Source: Chitinophagaceae bacterium | GTDB taxonomy: Bacteria > Bacteroidota > Bacteroidia > Chitinophagales > Chitinophagaceae | Assembly (NCBI GenBank): GCA_022841365.1 | Contig: JALHRP010000004.1 | Location: 48,106 to 112,105, forward strand | Direction: 5' to 3' | DNA: 64,000 nucleotides | In this document: piece after piece, positions 56,301 through 64,000 of the stretch | How positions within the stretch are numbered: position 1 is the stretch's first letter | How the letters are laid out: every line of letters starts with the position of its first letter | Notes under the pieces: generated by a model | The model's database searches: none | What the model saw: the letters and a program-made list of their open reading frames with translations, nothing else | What the model was told of the DNA's origin: nothing | Made by a program: the position numbers and the translations under genes

Positions 56301-56749
56301 AGATATTGATTCCCGATGCGTATGTAGAAAGTATTGCGGAGCGTTTAAGTTTATACTCCCGGCTGGATAATTGTGAAACAGAAGATGATCTGGTTTCATT
56401 TCATAAAGAACTCATTGATCGGTTTGGACCTGTTCCATCGCAGGTAGAAGATTTATTTATTACTGTGCGTTGCCGTAAGCTGGCAGTTGAACTTGGCTTT
56501 GAAAAAATGACCTTGAAAGAACAAACACTTCGTTGTTACTTCATCAACAATCCGGATTCTCCTTATTTTGAGTCGCCCGTCTTTCAGGGTATTATGCAGT
56601 TTGTGCAAACGGCGCTTAACAAAGCGCAACTGAAACAAACCGGTAAACTGTTTCTCCTTGTGATCAGGGATATGGATGGTATGGAAGCATTACTTCGGCT
56701 TTTAACACGTATGCATGCTGCAGTTGTTGCAAAGCCTGTACCGGCATAA
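53324..56749 (+). CDS. mfd: Transcription-repair coupling factor
   Basis: It has a CarD-like region (GDYVTHIDHGVGTY), helicase motifs (VCGDVGFGKTE, VVDEEQKFGV, LTLTATPIPRTL, QLRGRVGRS) and a TRCF C-terminus. The start is uncertain. GTG 53324 was chosen because the track start at 53210 would overlap the S8 ORF extension. Confidence 0.88.
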   Translation: MNVELLQKKFNDDPRLFQLANRLSFASPQRIYLNNLLGSSSQFVAAAVFNHSILDQYNHLFIVNDAEEAAYFHNSLEGITQELNLFYFPSSFKHPKNFRLLNSSHVMLRTEALTRFSMPTGLRVGAIVTYPDALFEKVVLPSKLQGNMLLIKTNDTLDVDSLMGFLVDLGFTRTDFVYQPGQFALRGGILDIYSFGNEKPYRVELFGNDVDSIRIFDPETQLSERRLVQVSIIPNIETQFESGEKVSLFDFLPENTIVWIKDADILHERLLTMEEDLHHYQQLSPAAKNSGGDDDDRLEKNEVSADDFIPAAQVAEQLLRYHTIEFGYKPHLLTTVEDQNRLELHYQTRQQPAFNRQFELLIKDLKTQAAKGFETFIFAENPKQLERLHSIFADLKAEIQFTPIPFSIHEGFIDEDLKLLCYTDHEIFQRYHKYKVKQAYNKSKALTIRALKELQPGDYVTHIDHGVGTYSGLQKIEINGKLQEAVRLIYKDSDILYVNINSLHKISKYTGKEGSVPKINKLGSDVWNKLKEKTKIKVKEIAFDLIQLYAQRKAQEGFAHTPDSYLQTELEASFMYEDTPDQSKATADVKKDMESPSPMDRLVCGDVGFGKTEIAVRAAFKTVCDGKQAAIMVPTTILAYQHYKTFQERLKDFPVTVDYVNRFKSTKEKKETFKKLEEGKVDIIVGTHALLGKEVKYKNLGLLVVDEEQKFGVGHKEKIKTLKTNVDSLTLTATPIPRTLQFSLMGARDLSIMNTPPPNRQPIQTEVQVFQEDFIRDAIYFETERGGQVFFIHNRIAGLAEMAAIIQRLCPDLSIGFAHGQMEGHELEERIFDFISKKYDVLVCTNIVESGVDIPNVNTIMVNNAHQFGLSDLHQLRGRVGRSNKKAFCYLLAPPMSTLPNDSRKRLQTLEQHSELGSGFQIAMRDLDIRGAGNMLGGEQSGFMAEIGFEMYQKVLDEAIRELKRTRFRELFKEEIQQQENYVKDCVIDTDLEILIPDAYVESIAERLSLYSRLDNCETEDDLVSFHKELIDRFGPVPSQVEDLFITVRCRKLAVELGFEKMTLKEQTLRCYFINNPDSPYFESPVFQGIMQFVQTALNKAQLKQTGKLFLLVIRDMDGMEALLRLLTRMHAAVVAKPVPA

Positions 56750-56879
56750 GTATACTCCTTGCTAATAAACTTTAAGTGTGCAAGTTGAAAATCGGAATTA
56801 AAACAGTAGTTTTAACTGTACAACGTTGCTGTATTTTCCTGCTTTAACCGCTCATTTTTTAAACAGTAAACCTTTTATC

Positions 56880-57245
56880 ATGCAACAAAATTTTGCAAAT
56901 GCACAGGAAGTAAAATACGCACAGGTAAGCAGCGATGAGCGTACAATGGCCATTTTATGTCATGTGTTATCCATCTTCTTCTCATTCATTCCGGCACTTG
57001 TTATTTATTTCGTAAAGAAAGATGAATCGCCATATGTAGCGGAACATGCGAAAGAAGTCCTCAACTTTCAAATCTCATTATTTATCTATGCGATGATCAG
57101 CGTGGTGCTTATCTTTCTCATCATCGGCATCCTGTTACTGATCGTTTTAAGTATTGTTGCATTGATTCTTTATATCATTGCTGCCATTAAAGCTTCGGAT
57201 GATATTTTGTACCGCTATCCGCTGACGATCAGACTGATCAAGTAG
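56880..57245 (+). CDS. DUF4870-family small membrane protein
   Basis: ERTMAILCHVLSIFFSFIPALVIYFVKKDESPYVAEHAKEVLNFQISLFIY is the typical DUF4870 core. The start was trimmed to MQQNF. Confidence 0.7.
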   Translation: MQQNFANAQEVKYAQVSSDERTMAILCHVLSIFFSFIPALVIYFVKKDESPYVAEHAKEVLNFQISLFIYAMISVVLIFLIIGILLLIVLSIVALILYIIAAIKASDDILYRYPLTIRLIK

Positions 57246-57368
57246 TTTTACTTTTCTTCTGTTAAGCAAAGTATAATAAATGTGGTTGAATGAACGTTCA
57301 ATTGGTTCTGGCATTGAGCTTGATCCAATAGTTATGTCAAAAACATTAATCCACATAAACCCTCGCTT

Positions 57369-58025
57369 ATGAAGCAAGTTTTACTCCTTCTTTCTTTCTC
57401 TGTTCTTATTACATCCTGTGCAAGAAAACGAATGATGGCCCGTGTAGATCGTTTCAACATTAAAACCATTGCCATTTTACCTGCACAGCTTGAAGTAACA
57501 GGGAACGTGCCCAAGAAGTTAACCCCCGAACAATTACAGCAACTGATCGTCCGCAACACCCGGTTTTTAAATCAGGCGTTGTACATTGATCTGGCTCAGT
57601 ATGTAGATACCCGTTTACGCCGTTATTCTCAGGTAGAATTTCAGAGTGCAGAGCGAACAAAAAAAATACTGAGCGAAAAAGGGATCACCGACTCAGCTTC
57701 CTGGCAAATGGATCCTGCAGATCTGGCAAAGATCCTCGGCGTAGATGCAGTGGTTGCAACCAAAGTAACACAGCAACATATTCTTGATGATGATGTGGCG
57801 ATGGGTATTGATGTAATAGGTGGTGTTCTCAACAGAAAACTGCCCGGCATTGGAATCCCGACAGGGGTTGCCCGTACAAGCGATATGTATGTAAACAGTG
57901 CGTTGATCCGTGAAGGATATACTGTTTGGAGCAGCCGGTTTACCAATCAAACAGATTGGAACTACCCGTTTCAGAATGCGATTCAAAGTGTAACAAGAGC
58001 TATTGCAAGGAATTTTCCGTTATAA
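57369..58025 (+). CDS. Hypothetical lipoprotein (218 aa)
   Basis: Signal peptide plus lipobox (LITSC). No confident family assignment. Confidence 0.6.
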   Translation: MKQVLLLLSFSVLITSCARKRMMARVDRFNIKTIAILPAQLEVTGNVPKKLTPEQLQQLIVRNTRFLNQALYIDLAQYVDTRLRRYSQVEFQSAERTKKILSEKGITDSASWQMDPADLAKILGVDAVVATKVTQQHILDDDVAMGIDVIGGVLNRKLPGIGIPTGVARTSDMYVNSALIREGYTVWSSRFTNQTDWNYPFQNAIQSVTRAIARNFPL

Positions 58026-58044
58026 AACTCTTTAATGACTAAAT

Positions 58045-58079
58045 AAAAAAGTCGTCCCGCATAAGCAGGACGACTTTTT
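58045..58079. terminator. Bidirectional intrinsic terminator
   Basis: AAAAAAGTCGTCC-cgcataagca-GGACGACTTTTT. Confidence 0.75.
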
Positions 58080-58095
58080 AATATCTTTTAAGAAA

Positions 58096-58293
58096 TTAAT
58101 CCCAGCCCTTCTTGGCGGTTCCGGCTTTAATAGCAGCCAAAGCTTTTTCTTCGCCTAACAAAGCCGTCAACTTATTACCTTTTCCATCATCACCTTTGGC
58201 AATATATCCACCTTTAGCAGTACGCTCTACAACTGCATTCTGGATAGGAACATTCTTTTCTTTCGTTTTTACGTTATACGCTGTTAACTGCAT
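58096..58293 (-). CDS. Small Lys-rich hypothetical protein (65 aa)
   Basis: A clean ORF flanked by a terminator. It lies immediately downstream of gyrB on the same strand. Confidence 0.55.
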   Translation of the reverse strand: MQLTAYNVKTKEKNVPIQNAVVERTAKGGYIAKGDDGKGNKLTALLGEEKALAAIKAGTAKKGWD

Positions 58294-58497
58294 AGTTCAA
58301 TAATTTTTGGGGGTTAGATAATATTCCCGGCTGTCCGGCTTGGTTTAAAAGTACAGATTTTCCCCAAAACTGGTCGAAAATGCTTTCCACAGTAGCTTTA
58401 TCGTTGAAAATCAAATACTAAAGAGCGTAATGAACGGTTGAACAGGCAGTTTTCTCAACTGATTTTTACCCGTAAAACCTATACAACCTGTTGTTAT

Positions 58498-60504
<2,007 letters not shown>

Positions 60505-60733
60505 CTAAATGATGGAGGTAATAAATTATTCGGACAAATGTACGGAAAAGGCAGGTGCCGGAGCTGTTTTAACGCTTGTTTTTAAGCTAAGAAATCCACA
60601 AATTTTTGCTTGAAAATGAAGAGTTTAGATGCGGGTTGGGAATAAACTTTGTTTGTGGCTGAAAGAGTGGAAATAATCTCCCGGTAAAACATGACAAAAC
60701 TCTGTCAAAAGCCCTTGATTACAGCCCTGCTTT

Positions 60734-61687
60734 ATGACCTATCTTTGCCACCTGATGCAGCAATTGAACGAACTACTCACACTCGCCAACCGAAACCCGC
60801 TCTTAACCCATGAGCTGGAGCTCGTATATGAGCAGGAAAAACAAATTCCCGGCTCGGTGCAGTATGGTATTTACCGGTACAAACTGTTGCCGCATGTTAC
60901 TACAGATGATACGGCCGTACTGGTATACAATGCACAATCTCAACAACCAAAAGACAGGAATATTGAACTTCGTTTTTGCATTAACGGCAATAAATACTGC
61001 AACAGCAAAACCTGTACAAACGGGGTATGTAAAAAATCATCGGCCGATTGCTCTGCAGAGCCAACCATTGATGTGTTCATGTTTCGTTTTTCACCATCTT
61101 ACCTTACACCGTTTGTAAAAGGAAAAACGATCACTACAAAAAGTGAACGGGTGCTTGCGTTTAAAGAAAAACAATCCTTCAGTACCACTGTTCAGCTTTG
61201 CAGCCGTATCAGAACAGTGCTGGAAAATCTGGTGCAACATAACTATAGTAATGCACTGGAGAATATTTATGTAAACAGCCAGTTGCAGACTTTGCTGTTG
61301 TACGGATTGGAGTGTTTAACTGATCAGAAAGCCGAAGAAAGTTTTGTGTGCCGTTTTCTTACAACAGATAATGCAAAAGATACCATTCAGCAGGCACGTG
61401 AAATTTTATTGCAGCGTATTGGTGAACCCATCACTATTAAAGAACTGAGCCGTAAAGTAGGTACCAACGAATGTTATTTGAAGAAAGGCTTTAAAGAAAT
61501 GTTCGGCACCACCATTTTTGAATTCTACCAGAGCCAGCGAATGGAACACGCTAAATATCTTTTGTACGAGAAAGGATTAAGCGTTACAGAAGTTAGTGCG
61601 TTGCTCGGATACTCCTCTATCTCACACTTTTCTACTGCGTTTAAAAAACATACGGGTTTAAAGCCTTGTGAGTTGTTATTCCGGTAA
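60734..61687 (+). CDS. AraC-family transcriptional regulator
   Basis: The C-terminal double HTH includes IKELSRKVGTNECYLKKGFKEMFG and VSALLGYSSISHFSTAFKKHTGLKP. The start may instead be the M at 60755. Confidence 0.8.
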   Translation: MTYLCHLMQQLNELLTLANRNPLLTHELELVYEQEKQIPGSVQYGIYRYKLLPHVTTDDTAVLVYNAQSQQPKDRNIELRFCINGNKYCNSKTCTNGVCKKSSADCSAEPTIDVFMFRFSPSYLTPFVKGKTITTKSERVLAFKEKQSFSTTVQLCSRIRTVLENLVQHNYSNALENIYVNSQLQTLLLYGLECLTDQKAEESFVCRFLTTDNAKDTIQQAREILLQRIGEPITIKELSRKVGTNECYLKKGFKEMFGTTIFEFYQSQRMEHAKYLLYEKGLSVTEVSALLGYSSISHFSTAFKKHTGLKPCELLFR

Positions 61688-61812
61688 GAACACCGTAAGT
61701 AATTTCCTTTGGATCACTCTCTTTCCGTTTTGCGTAAATGCTTTTTCTATATCCGTAACTCATCCTGCACATCCTGATTGATATTTGCACCCTAATGAAA
61801 TTGGAAATAAAC

Positions 61813-64000
61813 ATGAACAGAATTTTTAGTACCCTTTGCCTGGCAATAGCAGCATTACAAGCAAACGCTCAGCAGGATTCAACAAAGACAGACAGCAGCC
61901 GTCTTCATACCAAATATTTATCCGACATCACAGTAGTAGGCCGAAACAGTCGTGCCGATGTGCACTTCTTACCTGAAATTGTTGGCGTGAATATCAATGC
62001 AGGTAAAAAGAACTCGTTAATTGTGGTAGATAATGTGCAGGGAAATGTAGTTACCAACACCATGCGACAGGTGGTAGCAAAAATTCCCGGAATTCAGATT
62101 TGGGAAAGTGATGGCAGCGGTATTCAGATTGGTATTGCAGCAAGAGGGTTAAGCCCTAACCGCAGTTGGGAATTCAACACCAGACAAAACGGATACGATA
62201 TAGCCGCAGATCCATATGGTTATCCGGAAGCATATTACAATCCGCAGTTACAGGCCGTGCAGAGGATTGAAATTGTAAGAGGACATGGATCATTACAATA
62301 CGGTCCGCAGTTTGGCGGCATGGTAAATTATATATTACGTAACGGCAGTGAGATCAATAAAACGTTTGAGTTTGAAACACAACAAACGATTGGAAGCAAC
62401 GGCATGTTTAACAGTTACAACGCTATAGGTGGCGAAACGAAAAAGTTTCACTACTATGGTTTCTTTGATCACCGTAATGCAGATGGATACAGACAAAACA
62501 GCCGCTATTATAACAATTCAGGCTTTGGAACATTTACGTACCGCTTTACTGATAAATTTTCTGTGACTGCAGAATTGATGCGCAGTAATATGCGCAGTCA
62601 GCAATCGGGTGGATTAACAGATGCACAGTTGAAGCAGGATATTAAACAAAGTTTCCGCAGCCGCAACTGGTTTGATGTTACCTGGACAACTGCCGCACTT
62701 ATCAGCAATTATACTTTCAGTGAAACATCACGGTTGAATGTGAAATTATTTGCTGTACATGGCGATCGTAACAGTGTTGGTTTCATGCCATCGGCAGGGA
62801 TTATTGTAAAAGATACCATCAACAAAACCACCAATCAATACAATACCCGTAACCTCAATGAAGATGATTACAGGAACTATGGTTTGGAGGTACGCTACCT
62901 CGGTGCATACAAACTGGGTAAAATGAATAACTCATTTTCAGTTGGCGGCCGGTTGTACAAAGGCACAACATTGCGTTATGCTGCAGATGGAAAAGGAAGC
63001 ACCGGAACTGATTATGATATGACTGTGAGTGATGGCATCTGGACGAGAGATATTGATTTCAACACAGTGAATGCAGCACTGCATGCAGAAAATATTTTCA
63101 GAGTTTCTGAAAAGCTGATTGTCATTCCCGGTGTACGATATGAATATATTACCGGACAGGCGAGTGGCCGCAACGGTTTCAGCGGAGGGAATGAAGTGTT
63201 GCTGCAAAATCAAAAGCGCAGCCGCGGATTTGTGCTTGCAGGGATTGGAGCAGAATATCATGTAACCTCAATGACTGAAGTATATGCAAATATTACACAG
63301 GCTTACCGCCCCGTTCAGTTTGCAGATTTAACTGCACCTCCTACAACCGACGAAGTTGATCAGAATATTAAAGATGCAAAAGGATACAATGCTGATTTAG
63401 GTTATCGTGGACGTTTTAAATCTTTTCTATTTTTTGATGTAAGTGCATTTTATCTGCAATACAATAACCGTATCGGCACTATTGCACAGCAACGTACGGA
63501 TGGAAGTTTTTATAACTACCGCACTAATGTGGGCAACAGCACAAGCAAAGGAATTGAAGCCTTGATTGAATTTAGTCCGGTAAAAGCAATCACTGAAAAA
63601 TCAACATGGGGCGATATTCAACTGTTTGTTTCTTACGGTTACACCGATGCACGATATGGTAATTTTAAAGTGATTACAAAGAACAGCAACAATCAGTTGG
63701 TAGAAAGCAATCTCCAAAATAAGAAAGTAGAAAATGCACCTGAGCATATTGTAAGAAACGGATTAACCTATGCTTTCAAAGGATTTTCGTTTACCACACA
63801 GGTAAGTTATGTGAGTGATGCATTTGCTGATGCAAACAATACAGTGGCTGCAACAGCCAATGCACAAAACGGAATCATACCTTCTTACACTGTAACTGAT
63901 TTAACTGCAACATACCGTTTCAGTAAAAAACTGAACATCAGAGCAGGTGTAAACAATCTTACCAATGAAAAATACTTTACACGTCGTGCAGGTGGTTATC
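61813..64000 (+). CDS. TonB-dependent (siderophore-type) outer membrane receptor, 3' end outside the window
   Basis: Hand translation is open from ATG 61813 to the window end. It starts with MNRIFSTLCLAIAALQANAQ (signal peptide). The plug region is VQGNVVTNTMRQVVAKIPGIQIWESDGSGIQIGIAARGLSP...RIEIVRGHGSLQYGPQFGGMVNY. A late barrel motif reads NNLTNEKYFTRRAGGY. It is absent from the ORF track only because no stop codon is reached. Confidence 0.85.
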   Translation, partial: MNRIFSTLCLAIAALQANAQQDSTKTDSSRLHTKYLSDITVVGRNSRADVHFLPEIVGVNINAGKKNSLIVVDNVQGNVVTNTMRQVVAKIPGIQIWESDGSGIQIGIAARGLSPNRSWEFNTRQNGYDIAADPYGYPEAYYNPQLQAVQRIEIVRGHGSLQYGPQFGGMVNYILRNGSEINKTFEFETQQTIGSNGMFNSYNAIGGETKKFHYYGFFDHRNADGYRQNSRYYNNSGFGTFTYRFTDKFSVTAELMRSNMRSQQSGGLTDAQLKQDIKQSFRSRNWFDVTWTTAALISNYTFSETSRLNVKLFAVHGDRNSVGFMPSAGIIVKDTINKTTNQYNTRNLNEDDYRNYGLEVRYLGAYKLGKMNNSFSVGGRLYKGTTLRYAADGKGSTGTDYDMTVSDGIWTRDIDFNTVNAALHAENIFRVSEKLIVIPGVRYEYITGQASGRNGFSGGNEVLLQNQKRSRGFVLAGIGAEYHVTSMTEVYANITQAYRPVQFADLTAPPTTDEVDQNIKDAKGYNADLGYRGRFKSFLFFDVSAFYLQYNNRIGTIAQQRTDGSFYNYRTNVGNSTSKGIEALIEFSPVKAITEKSTWGDIQLFVSYGYTDARYGNFKVITKNSNNQLVESNLQNKKVENAPEHIVRNGLTYAFKGFSFTTQVSYVSDAFADANNTVAATANAQNGIIPSYTVTDLTATYRFSKKLNIRAGVNNLTNEKYFTRRAGGY

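Noticed and set aside
57355-57375. Shorter matches to the reverse complement of the sRNA core at other start codons (CGCTTATGAAG at 57369; CCTGCTTTATGACC at 60734)
   Set aside because: Only 6-8 contiguous complementary bases are present and there is no collinear second block. This is compatible with chance or with a generic leader composition.
58096-58293. By-eye resemblance of the 65-aa Lys-rich protein to archaeal Sso7d-type chromatin proteins
   Set aside because: Only about one residue in five lines up when aligned from memory, and the conserved aromatic DNA-binding residues are not evident. This cannot be supported without a profile or structure search.

Overview
This window looks like a chromosomal, mostly housekeeping stretch of a Bacteroidota genome. 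Supporting signs are a SusC/SusD pair, type IX secretion (T9SS) C-terminal sorting domains, a MoxR/Bat-type operon, many lipoprotein signal peptides and A-rich leaders without Shine-Dalgarno sequences. The gene content resembles Chitinophagaceae/Sphingobacteriia, but that is only an impression. About 51 protein-coding genes are supported. They include gatB (5' partial), recO, prfA, gcvH, rsgA, arfB, dtd, glyQS, mfd and gyrB. They also include a 3'-partial TonB-dependent receptor (61813-64000) that the ORF track misses because it has no stop codon in the window. Several track ORFs carry spurious N-terminal extensions and were trimmed to internal starts. I saw no rRNA, tRNA, CRISPR array, transposase, integrase or phage genes, and no convincing multi-gene defence or conflict island. 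The best candidates for undescribed biology are non-coding. (1) The 17.4-17.8 kb spacer holds a tandem pair of terminator-capped small-RNA-like modules with an identical 27-nt core. That core is collinearly complementary to the start-codon regions of the giant T9SS S8 peptidase and, less well, of SusC. (2) A conserved 17-nt palindrome lies in front of both flanks of a membrane protein / winged-helix regulator / CreD operon. (3) Four phased CCATGG palindromes sit downstream of creD. (4) A family of hairpins with a duplicated G-rich 3' arm has two intergenic copies and one apparent in-frame copy inside an amidohydrolase gene. All functional readings are inference from sequence inspection only. 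No searches or folding calculations were run.
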